A stretch of 59,205 nucleotides of DNA from an uncultured Dehalococcoidia bacterium (GTDB lineage Bacteria; Chloroflexota; Dehalococcoidia; Lucifugimonadales; UBA3495). This document shows positions 1 through 10,900 of the stretch, in pieces. The DNA lies in NCBI GenBank assembly GCA_950072105.1, contig CATMOE010000015.1, forward strand, positions 1 through 59,205. The letters run 5' to 3'. Numbering within the stretch: the first letter of the stretch is position 1; the number at the start of each line of letters is the position of its first letter. A program made the translations under genes and the position numbers. A model generated the notes under the pieces. The model saw nothing but the letters and a program-made list of their open reading frames with translations, was not told the origin of the DNA and made no database searches.

Positions 1-63
1 TGGACTCGAACCACCGGCCTCTTCGTCCCGAACGAAGCGCGCTAGCCACTGCGCTACACCCCG
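1..63 (-). tRNA. tRNA-Pro(CGG), 3' end cut by window edge
   Basis: Minus strand reads CGGGGTGTAGCGCAGTGGCTAGCGCG-CTTCG-TTCGGGA-CGAAG-AGGCCGGTGGTTCGAGTCCA: D arm, anticodon arm with CGG, GGTTCGA T loop. Confidence 0.95.
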
Positions 64-102
64 ACGTAAGTCGGAAATTGATACCGTAATATAGACCTCG
101 GG

Positions 103-143
103 GTCCCGAACGAAGCGCGCTAGCCACTGCGCTACACCCCGAC
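103..143 (-). repeat. 41-bp exact duplicate of the tRNA-Pro 5' half (copy of 25..65)
   Basis: gtcccgaacgaagcgcgctagccactgcgctacaccccgac occurs at 25..65 and 103..143. Confidence 0.95.
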
Positions 144-377
144 TGTATACCCCGCGTCGCGCAGCCAACCGGTCTAGAGACTGGGCCGGACTGTGCTGGG
201 GCGAGTCTATTATACCCCAACGAGTTCACGTTGGGTTGACTGGCACAGCAGAATCGGGGAGAAGGATCAAGACGGTGGTGCGACAAGCTTACCCGGAACG
301 GACGTAGAAGGTCTCTGGCGTTCGCCCTGATCCGGGGCTGACGGACCAGCCATTTGCCTAGCTATCTCATATCGCCC

Positions 378-1034
378 CTAAGATGGAACCTGCTGTTGCT
401 CCGCCTGCTTGAGCAACGCCATGCTCAAGCGTTCCAAGATTTTCAGGTTCAACCCGCCGGACCAGGTCTCGAATACGGTGCCGTCGGCGTTGATGAAAAC
501 CGTGGTGGGCATGCCCAGAACTTCATACTTGCGCACCACGCTGGCGTCGCCAGTGTATCCGGCGGGATAGGTGATGCCCAACTCTTTAAGTAGATTTTGG
601 GCATCTCGACGGGTGCCCAATCCGGTGAACTGGCCCACGTCGATGCCTAGAAGAGTTACATCGTCCTTGAAACCGTCGTAGAATCGCTGCAAGTCCGGCA
701 TCTCCGCCCGGCATGGCGGGCATTGTCCGGCCCAAAAGTTCAGCACGATAGGTTTCCCCAGCAGTTGGGCCATCTCCATCTTCTCAGCGCCCAGAGCTTT
801 TTCACCCTGGAAGAGGGTGAACGAGAAGTTTTCCACGACACCGTCGGCTTGGTTTCCCCCGGATGAAGCTGAAGAGCCGGAGTCTCCTGAATATACGGAA
901 ACGGCCACAACCGCCACCAGCAACGCCACCGCCGCGGCGCCTGCTCCGCCGAGCCACATACGATTGCGGCGACGATTGCCGGCTGATGTCTTGGCAGCGG
1001 CGGCGGCCCGTCTGCCGGTCGAACTTCTTGCCAT
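378..1034 (-). CDS. Membrane-anchored TlpA/ResA-family thiol:disulfide oxidoreductase
   Basis: N-terminal TM helix, VLNFWAGQCPPCRAEMPDL and GMPTTVFI cis-Pro motif; start placed at MARSS. Confidence 0.9.
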   Translation of the reverse strand: MARSSTGRRAAAAAKTSAGNRRRNRMWLGGAGAAAVALLVAVVAVSVYSGDSGSSASSGGNQADGVVENFSFTLFQGEKALGAEKMEMAQLLGKPIVLNFWAGQCPPCRAEMPDLQRFYDGFKDDVTLLGIDVGQFTGLGTRRDAQNLLKELGITYPAGYTGDASVVRKYEVLGMPTTVFINADGTVFETWSGGLNLKILERLSMALLKQAEQQQVPS

Positions 1035-1247
1035 TGTCTGATCTCCTGCTACCCTCAATATCAATTGAAAACTTCAATCTCGGGTTCCAACCTGCTTAGA
1101 TGCGGGATGGTAGATTCAGATACAAGAACACATCCGTTAGGGGCTTGAGCAGGGGAGCAGTGCGACGAAGATGAGATCGGATGATTCCCACAGGTGCATG
1201 GGCAATTCGCAGGAAATGGGTCTGAAATTTCCAACAAACCTTTTGGC

Positions 1248-1268
1248 TGTCATTCTAAGCGAAGCGAA
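1248..1268. repeat. REP-like element arm (GTCATTCT...GCGAA family)
   Basis: tgtcattctaagcgaagcgaa is a near reverse complement of the arm at 38349..38375. Confidence 0.55.
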
Positions 1269-1300
1269 TAATGGTGTGTTCTGAGACTGGATAAGGCTTA

Positions 1301-4300
1301 TTAACCCGCCAGACTTTGAAGCCGGTCCTGGAACGCGCGGAACCGGCCCACCACCCTAGTCAACCGGGATAGCCACTCGTCGCCCATGGTCCTGGCGGGA
1401 AGAGTGATCTGCTGGTGGCCTACGTTGACCGACGGTCCCAAGGCCCGTTGCAACGCTATCTTGGCCCCACCCACGGGTACTTTCAGATGCAGCACAAAGC
1501 CTTCGCGGCTTTGCAAGATAGAGTCGATGCCAAGGCCCCCGGCGGATGCCCTAAAATCGGCTAGAGTCAGTAGATTCTCCACCTCTTCGGGGGTGGGGCC
1601 AAACCGGTCGCGGAGTTCTTGCCGCAACGCGGGCACTTCGCTCCGGTCTTTGAGCCGCGCCACCCGCTGGTAGATCGCTAGGCGGGAAGGCATGTGGGGA
1701 ATGTAACTGTCCGGGATGTGGGCTGTCAGGGGAAGCTCCATCCTTGGCAATTCGGGTATGAACTCGTCTTCGGATGGGGCTTCCTCGCCTTGCTCTCGCT
1801 GAAGTTCGGCGATGGCTTCTTTCAGCAGTTGGCTGTACAGGTCCAGGCCTACCTCCCGTATATGGCCGCTCTGGGAAGTGCCCAGCAGGTTGCCGGCGCC
1901 GCGAATCTCCAAGTCCCGCATCGCGATGCGAAACCCGGAACCCAGCTCAGAAGCCTCCAATATGGCTTGCAGGCGGCGCTCGGCTGCCTCGGTTATCCGC
2001 CTTCCCTTGGGCACCAACATGTAGGCGTAAGCCCGGTGTTCGCCGCGGCCGATACGGCCCCTTAGCTGGTAAAGCTGGGACAAACCGAAACGGTCGGCCC
2101 GGTCTAAGATCAGTGTGTTGACGTTGGGCAGATCTAGCCCGGATTCTATGATGGTGGTGCACACCAGAATATCGGCTTCCCCAGCGGAGAAGGCCATCAT
2201 TACGTCTTCCAGATCCATTTCGGGCATCTGACCATGACCTATTATGATGCGGGCCTGCGGGACGAGTTCTTTTAGATCGGCTGCCATTCGGTCGATGGTC
2301 TTTACCCGGTTGTGCAGGAAGAATATCTGGCCGCCGCGCTCCAACTCTCGTAGGATTGCTTCTTTTATCAGGTCTTCGCTGTATTCGGACACAAATGTTT
2401 TAATCGGCAGGCGGGCTTCCGGCGGCGTGTCCATGGTGCTAAGGTCGCGGATGCCGGACAGGGCCTGGTTAAGGGTCCTGGGGATGGGAGTGGCGCTCAA
2501 AGTCAGTACGTCCACTTCCTTTCGAAGCTGCTTGAGTCTTTCTTTGTGGGCAACGCCGAATCGTTGCTCCTCGTCCACCACCGCCAAACCCAGGTTCTTG
2601 AATGAGACATCCTTCTGCAGCAGACGGTGGGTGCCGATAACGATGTCCAATTTGCCCGATTTAAGATTCTCCAAGACTTCTTGTTGTTCCTTGTGGGTTC
2701 GGAACCGGCTTAGAACGTCCACGGTGATGGGGAAGGGACTCAGGCGTTCGCTGAAAGTGGCGTAGTGCTGTTGAGCCAAAACGGTGGTAGGTACCAATAG
2801 TCCGACCTGCATGCCGTCGTTCACCGTCTTGAAAGCGGCCCTCAAGGCCACCTCCGTCTTGCCGTAGCCCACGTCTCCGCAGATCAGCCTATCCATGGGC
2901 TTGACCTGCTCCATGTCGGCCTTAACGTCGTTGATCGCAGTGGCTTGGTCTGGGGTTTCTTCGAATGGGAAGGAGTCTTCCAACTCTTGCTGCCAGACAG
3001 TGTCCTGGCTAAATTCGTGGCCTTTGGCAACTTGGCGCGAGGCGTGGAGAGTCAATAGCTCTTGGGCCATTTCCCGCGTGGCTCCCTTAACTTTCTCCTT
3101 GATCCTGGCCCACTCGGCGGACCCCAAGCGGGTAAGGTTGGGCGGCTGGTCTTGGGCGCCTACGTAAGAAGTCACCCGGTCTAGGTGTTCCGTGGGCACG
3201 TAGAGCTTGTCGTTTTCGGCGTACTCTAGCACCAGATACTCTTTGTCTTCGTCGCCCTCGCCCATTCGGGTGGTGCCGGAGAATCGGGCCACGCCGTGGT
3301 CGATGTGCACCACGTAGCTACTGGCTACCAGGTCCGACAGGGCCGCGATTTGGTTGCCCGGCTCGGTGGTCTGGCGCCGGCGGTAGCGGCGCTCTTTGAC
3401 CGAGCCAAACAGTTCGGCATCGGTCAACAAAATAAGGGAAGCGGCACCATCCGCCTCATTGTCGCCAGCGTGGGAATCCAGGGTCCAGCCTTCCCGGAGA
3501 GCCCCTTGCACCAGGTAGATTCCTCGCCGTTGCGGTTGCTGGTCCACGCTGGAAGTTACCGTTGCGGTGACTCCTTCCTGCTCCAATATTTCAGCCAGAC
3601 GGCGTCCATGCTGGGTAATCGCTACTATTGCTTTGCCCTCGGTGGCGTACCGCTTGGCATCAGTGGCCAACTGCTCCAGCCTGCCGTAGTAAGAGACCGC
3701 CGGCTTAAACAGCGTGTCCTCGGTTTCGTTTAGCCAGCTATGGAGGTGCAATCTGGACCGGGTTTCCAATTTCTCGGCGAACTCTGTCCAAGTGAAAGAT
3801 GGAGCGGGGAAGTTTCGCGGCATTTCGCCACGCTCCTCCCTGTTGGAGCGCATGCGGACGAACCGCTCCTCCAACTCCTCGGCCTCACCTTCGATCAGAC
3901 CCGGCCGTTCTAAGACCACCAAAGCGTCATCGGCCAGATACTCCAAGATGTTGGTTTGGTTCAGCAGACCGTTGTAGAAGGACAGAGTCTCTACGTTGGG
4001 CGCGGTGAACAGCGTCACCAGCTCGTCTTCGATGCGTTCCCGAATCTCTTGGTCGCACCGGGTGAAGTCCAGCTGTTCAATGACACCCTCTACCCGGTTC
4101 CGGTCCACCGTGTTGGGAAGCTGTTCCCTGGCCGGGATGATTCTCACCTCGTCTACGGCGTCCAGAGAGCGCTGGGTGCGGGGATCAAACGTCCGTATAG
4201 TATCGATCTGGTCGTCCCACAGCTCGATGCGAAAAGGAAGGTCAGAGTGGGACGGGAAGACGTCGATGATGCCGCCCCGATGACTGAACGTGCCTGGGAC

Positions 4301-4858
4301 TTCCACGACCGGCTCGCTCCGGTAACCCAGTTCCACCCACCGGACCAGTAGGTCGTTCAGACGTATCCGCTCCCCCGTTTTCCAAGAATTCCCGTCGGCC
4401 CCGTTAGACTCGCCGCCGGACATAATGATGGGAGGCAAAGTCGGACGCAAGGCAGCATTGACTGAAGCCACTACCAAGGGCGGCGTTGGCCCTGAGCCTC
4501 CTTTGGGGCGGCGGGACAAGGCCAGCGCCGCCAACGCCTCCAGACGCTGGTTGCTGGTGTTGGCGTCAACGGCCAGCCGTTCAAAGGGAAGGACTTCAGG
4601 TTCCGGTAGCAGGTACACCGGCTCGTCGTCACCCAGGTAAGTAAGGAGTTGGTCGTGGAGTCTACGCGCGTCTTCCGGGCGTGGCGTGATGACCAGGACT
4701 GGAGTCCGGAGGCGGTCCCAAATGGCGCCGATGTAAACCGGCCCGGCGCCTTGGCAGGCCGTTATCTGAGGAGGAGGGCCTTCGCTCCCGATGCCTTCCA
4801 GCAGACGAGAGAAGCCGGGATGACTATTGACTGTGGATAAGACGCCTTTTAGAGGCAT
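1301..4858 (-). CDS. mfd: Transcription-repair coupling factor
   Basis: UvrB-like N-terminus, RID (VVHIDHGVARF), GDVGYGKT, DEEQRFG, QLRGRIGR, DLEIRGAGNLLG, TRCF C-terminus; start uncertain (4858 or 4969). Confidence 0.97.
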   Translation of the reverse strand: MPLKGVLSTVNSHPGFSRLLEGIGSEGPPPQITACQGAGPVYIGAIWDRLRTPVLVITPRPEDARRLHDQLLTYLGDDEPVYLLPEPEVLPFERLAVDANTSNQRLEALAALALSRRPKGGSGPTPPLVVASVNAALRPTLPPIIMSGGESNGADGNSWKTGERIRLNDLLVRWVELGYRSEPVVEVPGTFSHRGGIIDVFPSHSDLPFRIELWDDQIDTIRTFDPRTQRSLDAVDEVRIIPAREQLPNTVDRNRVEGVIEQLDFTRCDQEIRERIEDELVTLFTAPNVETLSFYNGLLNQTNILEYLADDALVVLERPGLIEGEAEELEERFVRMRSNREERGEMPRNFPAPSFTWTEFAEKLETRSRLHLHSWLNETEDTLFKPAVSYYGRLEQLATDAKRYATEGKAIVAITQHGRRLAEILEQEGVTATVTSSVDQQPQRRGIYLVQGALREGWTLDSHAGDNEADGAASLILLTDAELFGSVKERRYRRRQTTEPGNQIAALSDLVASSYVVHIDHGVARFSGTTRMGEGDEDKEYLVLEYAENDKLYVPTEHLDRVTSYVGAQDQPPNLTRLGSAEWARIKEKVKGATREMAQELLTLHASRQVAKGHEFSQDTVWQQELEDSFPFEETPDQATAINDVKADMEQVKPMDRLICGDVGYGKTEVALRAAFKTVNDGMQVGLLVPTTVLAQQHYATFSERLSPFPITVDVLSRFRTHKEQQEVLENLKSGKLDIVIGTHRLLQKDVSFKNLGLAVVDEEQRFGVAHKERLKQLRKEVDVLTLSATPIPRTLNQALSGIRDLSTMDTPPEARLPIKTFVSEYSEDLIKEAILRELERGGQIFFLHNRVKTIDRMAADLKELVPQARIIIGHGQMPEMDLEDVMMAFSAGEADILVCTTIIESGLDLPNVNTLILDRADRFGLSQLYQLRGRIGRGEHRAYAYMLVPKGRRITEAAERRLQAILEASELGSGFRIAMRDLEIRGAGNLLGTSQSGHIREVGLDLYSQLLKEAIAELQREQGEEAPSEDEFIPELPRMELPLTAHIPDSYIPHMPSRLAIYQRVARLKDRSEVPALRQELRDRFGPTPEEVENLLTLADFRASAGGLGIDSILQSREGFVLHLKVPVGGAKIALQRALGPSVNVGHQQITLPARTMGDEWLSRLTRVVGRFRAFQDRLQSLAG

Positions 4859-5052
4859 TGGCTCACGTATCGATTCAAATTTTTTAACATCGCCCTTCGA
4901 TTTACCCGTGGGCAGTAACCGGATGCCACGCCCAAGAGGGCTGGCGAACGGCGCCAGCCCATTAAACATATTCTATTGGATATATCGTGGCACAACAAGG
5001 TGGTAAAAGGCGGGTTTGGCGTCGCTAGGAAGCAAGTTTAAGAACGGACCCA

Positions 5053-5061
5053 TGCTATAAT
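5053..5061 (+). promoter_or_regulatory. Extended -10 promoter for proBA
   Basis: TGCTATAAT immediately upstream of proB. Confidence 0.55.
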
Positions 5062-5064
5062 TGG

Positions 5065-6285
5065 GTGCCCGCAGCCGTGAGCAATCAGCCATTAAAGGGG
5101 TCCTTCTCCGTGTCTGGCGTATCCCATATCCACACAGATTCTTCCCCAGAGGAAGCGGTATCCAAACCGCTGCCGTACCGGCGGATCGTGGTCAAGGCGG
5201 GCACCAGTGTTTTGACCGCCGGTCCGGATCATCAAGCTCTGGACGTGGCGGTGATGGCTTCACTGGCGCGCCAGATCAGCCAGCTTCGGTCCTTATCGGC
5301 GGAAGTGATGCTGGTTACTTCGGGAGCGATAGCTGCCGGTCAAGAGGGCCGGGGTGTGGGCCGGGTGGCTTCAGACATCCCTTCCCGGCAGGTCCGGGCC
5401 GCCATCGGGCAGAGCCGGTTGATGCACACCTATCAGGAACTGTTTGAGGTCCACGGATTGCAGGTCGCTCAAGTACTGTTGACGATCAAAGACTTGAATG
5501 ACCGCCAATCGTATCTGAATGTGCGAAACACCCTACAGGGTTTGCTGAACCTGGGGGTTGTCCCAATCCTGAACGAAAACGACGTGGTGGCGGTTGACGA
5601 GATCGGAGAAGTGTTCGGTGATAACGACCGGTTGTCAGCACTGGTGGCCAATCTGGTGGACGCCGATCTTTTGGTGATACTGACAGACACCGATGGTCTG
5701 TATACGGCAGACCCGAATCTAGACCCCGACGCCCGGCTGTTGCCAGTGGTGGAACGGGTCGACGCGGACATAGAGGCCTTGGCTGGGAAAGACCGCAACC
5801 CCTGGGCCCGGGGAGGCATGGCCACCAAGATCGACGCCGCCCGGCTGGTCACCACCTCCGGCATAACAATGGTCATGTGCCACGGCATGACCGAAGACAG
5901 CGTGTTGCGGGCGGCCCGGGGCGACGAGATCGGCACGATGTTTCGGCCAGCCGCGGAGAAACTGGAAGCCCGGAAGCGGTGGATGTTGGGAGCTGTCTCC
6001 CATCGGTCGGCCGTGGTCGTTGATCAAGGAGCCGCTGCCGCCCTGCGTCAGAACAACCGCAGCTTGTTGCCCGCGGGTATAACCGGAGTAACCGGTGATT
6101 TTGAGCGGGGAGATATCGTTTATATCGTCGCTGCCGGCGATCGGCGCATCGCTTGCGGAATAGCCAACTACGGCTCGGCGGACATCAAGCGTATTCGAGG
6201 TGTTCGGTCCGGCGATATTCAAGACACGCTGGGCTACCACTACGGCCCGGAGGTCATCCATCGCGACAATCTGGTGCTGATCTAG
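5065..6285 (+). CDS. proB: Glutamate 5-kinase with PUA domain
   Basis: RIVVKAGTSVLT, ILNENDVV, FGDNDRLSA, GGMATKIDAA, C-terminal PUA; true start probably slightly downstream. Confidence 0.96.
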   Translation: MPAAVSNQPLKGSFSVSGVSHIHTDSSPEEAVSKPLPYRRIVVKAGTSVLTAGPDHQALDVAVMASLARQISQLRSLSAEVMLVTSGAIAAGQEGRGVGRVASDIPSRQVRAAIGQSRLMHTYQELFEVHGLQVAQVLLTIKDLNDRQSYLNVRNTLQGLLNLGVVPILNENDVVAVDEIGEVFGDNDRLSALVANLVDADLLVILTDTDGLYTADPNLDPDARLLPVVERVDADIEALAGKDRNPWARGGMATKIDAARLVTTSGITMVMCHGMTEDSVLRAARGDEIGTMFRPAAEKLEARKRWMLGAVSHRSAVVVDQGAAAALRQNNRSLLPAGITGVTGDFERGDIVYIVAAGDRRIACGIANYGSADIKRIRGVRSGDIQDTLGYHYGPEVIHRDNLVLI

Positions 6286-6293
6286 GGGAGCGC

Positions 6294-7592
6294 ATGTTAA
6301 CTAACACTGTAGAAGACCTGTTGGAGCAAGGCCGGGACGCGCGAGCCGCGTCTAGGATATTGGCCCGGCTGTCCAGTAGTATCAAGAATCAAGCCCTTCT
6401 GAACATTGCCGAAGCGCTGGAGACCCAACAGGATGAAGTGCTGGAGGCCAACGAGATCGACCACCGGTCGGCCCAGTCCGACGGCTTAAGCGAAGCCATG
6501 CTGGACCGGCTCCTGTTGACCGGGGAACGGCTTTTGGGAACGGCTGCCGAGGTACGCGGCGTGGCTGCGCTTCCCGACCCAATAGCCGAAACTATGGATA
6601 TGACTACCATGTCCAACGGTTTGAAGATTGGCAAAAAACGAGTTCCCCTGGGCGTGATCGGCAGTATCTACGAGAGTCGCCCCCACGTCACGATAGACAT
6701 CTCGGCGCTTTGTCTGAAATCGGGCAACGCCTGCCTGCTGCGGGGAGGAAAAGAGAGCCTGCGCTCTAACACCGCCTTGGCTAAACTGGTGCGTAAGGCT
6801 ATCGGCGATGCCGGGGTGCCGGAGGATGCCGTCCAGTTCGTGGATAACCCGGACCGGTCCCTGGTGGATGCCATGTTGGGAATGAAGGACCATATCGACC
6901 TGCTGATTCCCCGGGGCGGAGACGGCCTGATCCGGTTTGTAGCCGAAAACGCCACCATGCCGGCGGTAACCGGCGGGATCGGCGTCTGCCACACCTACAT
7001 CGACCGGGGCGCCGAGTTGGACATGGCCGCCAACATCGTATTTAATGCCAAGACCCAGCGGCCTTCGGTATGCAACGCGTTGGACACGATCCTGGTTCAC
7101 ATTAGTGCCGCCCCCGCCTGTCTACCCCGAATCGCCGAAGAGCTGACCGCCGCCGGAGTGGAGCTGCACTGCGATCACCGGGCCTTGAGTATCTTGGGAC
7201 CGCAATCAACCGGCGGCGGGAATTCGCCGGGCGGCAGGATATTGCCCGCCAATGAAGAGGACTGGGGCCGGGAGTTTTTGTCCATGACTGCCGCCATCAA
7301 GATAGTCGATTCTCTGGACGACGCCCTGGGTCACATCGAAACCTACGGGTCCGGCCACTCAGAGGCGATAATCACCGAAGACTATTCGGCGGCCATGCGT
7401 TTCCTTGACGAAGTGGACGCCGCTGCGGTGTTCGTCAACGCCAGCACCCGGTTTAACGATGGTGGCCAGTTTGGCTTGGGAGCGGAAGTGGGCATCAGCA
7501 CCCAGAAATTCCACGCCAGAGGTCCCATGGGCCTAAAGGAACTCACTTCCTACAAGTGGGTGATCATGGGCGACGGTCAGGTCAGGGAATAG
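6294..7592 (+). CDS. proA: Gamma-glutamyl phosphate reductase
   Basis: RVPLGVIGSIYESRP, PSVCNALDT, NASTRFNDGGQFGLGAEVGIST, ARGPMGL; ATG at 6294 after GGGGAG. Confidence 0.97.
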   Translation: MLTNTVEDLLEQGRDARAASRILARLSSSIKNQALLNIAEALETQQDEVLEANEIDHRSAQSDGLSEAMLDRLLLTGERLLGTAAEVRGVAALPDPIAETMDMTTMSNGLKIGKKRVPLGVIGSIYESRPHVTIDISALCLKSGNACLLRGGKESLRSNTALAKLVRKAIGDAGVPEDAVQFVDNPDRSLVDAMLGMKDHIDLLIPRGGDGLIRFVAENATMPAVTGGIGVCHTYIDRGAELDMAANIVFNAKTQRPSVCNALDTILVHISAAPACLPRIAEELTAAGVELHCDHRALSILGPQSTGGGNSPGGRILPANEEDWGREFLSMTAAIKIVDSLDDALGHIETYGSGHSEAIITEDYSAAMRFLDEVDAAAVFVNASTRFNDGGQFGLGAEVGISTQKFHARGPMGLKELTSYKWVIMGDGQVRE

Positions 7593-7607
7593 GAAGGGAG
7601 GCTGGCT

Positions 7608-7913
7608 GTGCCGGATTTTACCTTCGAGCGCGAGGTCCGCACCCCCTTTTCCGAAGCCTACACTATCCAGCAGGGCGACCGGCAAGTCGGCAGGCTTGAT
7701 ATCCACTTCACCGACGAAATGGTCCATGTTGCCCTAGCCGTTGATGAGAGCCTTACCCAAGAAGCTATCCAGGAGATCATCGAAACGGTCGATGAAGACA
7801 TGGTCGACGCCTTGGGAATCGCTCGGGAAGGCTTCGTGGTCCATGTCTTCCAAGGCCGGGAAGTGGGCGTATTCGGCGACGAGGATTTCGGAAAAAACGG
7901 CGCGGACCACTAA
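7608..7913 (+). CDS. Small acidic hypothetical protein
   Basis: GGGAGG RBS, 15 nt after proA stop, globular-looking 101-aa product. Confidence 0.75.
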   Translation: MPDFTFEREVRTPFSEAYTIQQGDRQVGRLDIHFTDEMVHVALAVDESLTQEAIQEIIETVDEDMVDALGIAREGFVVHVFQGREVGVFGDEDFGKNGADH

Positions 7914-7963
7914 ATTCTGACGTCTCGGTGGAATGCGTCTATCTTTCTGGTTAAAATAGCGTC

Positions 7964-10900
7964 ATGAGCCAACCAGCGCTTAGACCAGAGCGAACTGCGT
8001 TTATCTCTCTTAATTCCAGCGTCTTCGTTGGCCGCCAGCAAGAAATGGCGGCGCTGGAAACGGCCCTGGACGATGCTCTTTCCGGCCAAGGGCGTCTCGT
8101 CATGCTTGCCGGCGAACCGGGGATCGGCAAGACCCGCACCGCTCAAGAATTAGCTGCCTATGCCAAAGAGCACGGCGCTCAGGTGCTCTGGGGCTGGTGC
8201 TACGAAGAGGGCTCTCTCTCCTTGCCTTACCTTCCCTTTGTGGAGGCCTTGCGGGACTACGTACTGTCGCGCGAAACCGATGCCATTCGCCAGGAATTGG
8301 GCGCGGGGGCCTCTGATGTGGCCCGCATCGTCCCCGACGTCAGAGAAAAATTGCAGGTCGAGCTCCGGCAGCCGGGAGACCCCGAAGAAGACCGCTACCG
8401 GCTCCTGCAGGCGGTCAGCGAATTTCTCCGTAACGCTGCCTCCGCCCAACCGCTGCTCTTGGTGCTGGAGGACCTGCACGACGCCGACCGAGGCACTCTG
8501 GATTTGCTCACTCACCTCGCCCGCAACTTGGCTGGGTTCAGGCTGATGGTATTGGGGACCTACCGGGACGTGGAAGTGGACCGGACCCACCCGCTATCGG
8601 GGGCCTTGGCAAATCTAAGTCGAATATCAAGCTTTAGCCGGGTACTGATACGGGGCCTGGCCGTAGACGAGGTCCAAAGGATGGTTGAGGCCGCGGCGGG
8701 ACAGGAAGTTCAATCGGGACTGACTGTAGCGGTTGAGCGTCAGACCGAGGGAAATCCCCTGTTCGTTCAGGAAGTTCTGCGCTACTTAGCGGAAGAAGGT
8801 CTGTTGGTCCGGCAAGAAGGAAGCCGGGCTGGGCTGGGGGATGCATCTGTTGAAGGAGTGGCTGGCCGGATACCCGAAGGTCTTCGAGATGTGATCGGTA
8901 AACGCCTCTCCCGATTGAGTCAAGAGTGCAATCGGCTGCTTGCCGTTGCTTCGGTTATTGGTCGGGAGTTTCCTTTGGCGCTGTTGCAGAGCGTAGCCCA
9001 GGTGTCAGACGAGGAGTTGGATGCCTCCCTAGAAGAAGCACAGAGCGCCGTAGTGATCGAGGAACGCTCCTCGATTGTAGGCATAGTGAACTATTCGTTC
9101 GCCCATGCCTTTTTCCGCCAAACGATGTACGAAGAGATAATAGCGCCCCGGCGCCTGCGCCTGCACCAGCAAGTGGCTCGCACCATCGAGCAGCAATATC
9201 AGGCTCGCCTCGAAGAACATGCCGTAGAGCTGGCGGAGCACTTCTCTCACTCCTCAGACCCCTCGGATCTGGCCAAGGCCGTTGAGTATGGGGAGATGGC
9301 AGCCCGGCGGGCCACGGCGGTCTACGCCTATTGGGAAGGGGCGGGCCACTTGGAGCGCTGCTTGCAAGTACAGGAAGTGTTGGACCCTGACGACAGGGAG
9401 ACGGTGCGACCTGCTGTTGGCCTTGGGGAATGCCCTAGGCCTGTCTCGGGAGCCACGACGAGTCATCGACGTGGTGGCGCCTGAGGTCCTGTCCCTGGCC
9501 GAGGACCTGGGCGACAGCACACGCGCATCACGGGCCTGCGGGCTGGCGGTAACGTTGATATACCGAACCGGAGGGACGGAGGCACTACGCACCTCTGAAG
9601 CGGCTCAGTGGGTGGAGCGGGCCGACCGGTACGCTAAGCCGGGTACAGTGGAGCGGGCGGTGGCAGATGCGTTCCTGGCCCTTCTGAGGTTCTACAATGA
9701 CCGCTCGGAGGAAGGGGTTGCCCACGCGGGCAAGGCTTTGGAGTTGGCACGCCGCCTGGACGATCCCGAGGCCTTTTGGCAAGCCGCTCACGCTTGGCTA
9801 TTTTTGGCAAAAGCGCCCCAGCATGGGGAAGAGGTCCTGCGTCTAGCAGACGAATTGGCAATACGGCCCCGTACGGGTGTGAGCGCACCTAGGTTGACTT
9901 CAACAATGTGTGAAATCGGCTCCACCTTTCTTGCCTGGGGGCAACGCGGGCGGGCCGAAGAGGTTTGGCGCGAAATGGATGAGGTGGCCCAGCGTACCGG
10001 GAATCCGACCGCACTGCTTTTCTCCATGTTAGCTAACGCTATTTTCGCCTCTCTGGACGGTCGTCTGGAGGACGCCGTGGCGATGGGCCAGAGCATGTCG
10101 AACCGCGGCGGCGAGTTGGGCATTTCTGGATCCGCTGAACGATTCTCAAGCTTCGCTAGCGTGAGGCCACTGCTGTATCTTGGGAAGGGCGATGATGCAC
10201 TCCTTCAAGTCAGCGTTTTCCACAGGGCCCTCTGCCTGGCGCACCTGGGCCGACAAGAAGAGGTGATGCCTTTATTGGAGGAGTTATTGCTGGCTCGCCC
10301 AGACATTGGCTCAGATGAAGACGAGACCAGGACTGAGCGCGATATCTCGATGCTGGAGGCTGCCGTGCTGGTGGGGCACCGGGAAGTGGCCGGTCTGCTG
10401 CTGCGCCGGTTTGCGGACACCGGGTTGCGCTTAACCGGCTATATTCATAATACCTAAATAGCCCGCCACCTGGGTGGCGCGGCGGCGCTCCTGGGCCGGG
10501 CCGACGAAGCCCGCGGTTATTACCAGACTGCGCTGGAAGTCTGCCGGGAGATGCCTTTCCGACCCGAGGAAGCATTGACCCACCTTCAGCTTGCGGAGCT
10601 GCTGCTGGACCCGTCGACAGGTCCTGCCCTGAGCGGAGCCGAAGGGTCAGGGCAAGGCAAGAATCAGGATCGGGCCGAAGCCCTGGAGCACCTGGAAACC
10701 GCCATCGCTGAGTTCCGCGAAATGAAGATGCAGCCCTCCCTGGAGCGTGCTGTCGCTCTACAGGAGCGAGCCGAGGCCGGACCGGTCAGAGCCCCCACCT
10801 ACCCCGCCGGGCTGTCCCAGCGGGAAGTAGAAGTCCTGCGACTGATCTCGGCGGGTAAAACCGACCGGGAGATCGCCGAAGAACTGTTCATCAGCTTCCG

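Noticed and set aside
1386..4840. Many 60-200 aa antisense and alternate-frame ORFs over mfd and other genes
   Set aside because: Expected shadow ORFs in GC-rich coding DNA, with no motifs or RBS support.
10455..10457. Recoding of the LAL, AKR or DsrE non-UGA stops (TAA, TAA, TAG)
   Set aside because: TAA is not known to be recoded in bacteria and normal genes here end in TAA or TAG. Two of the three genes also carry frameshifts.
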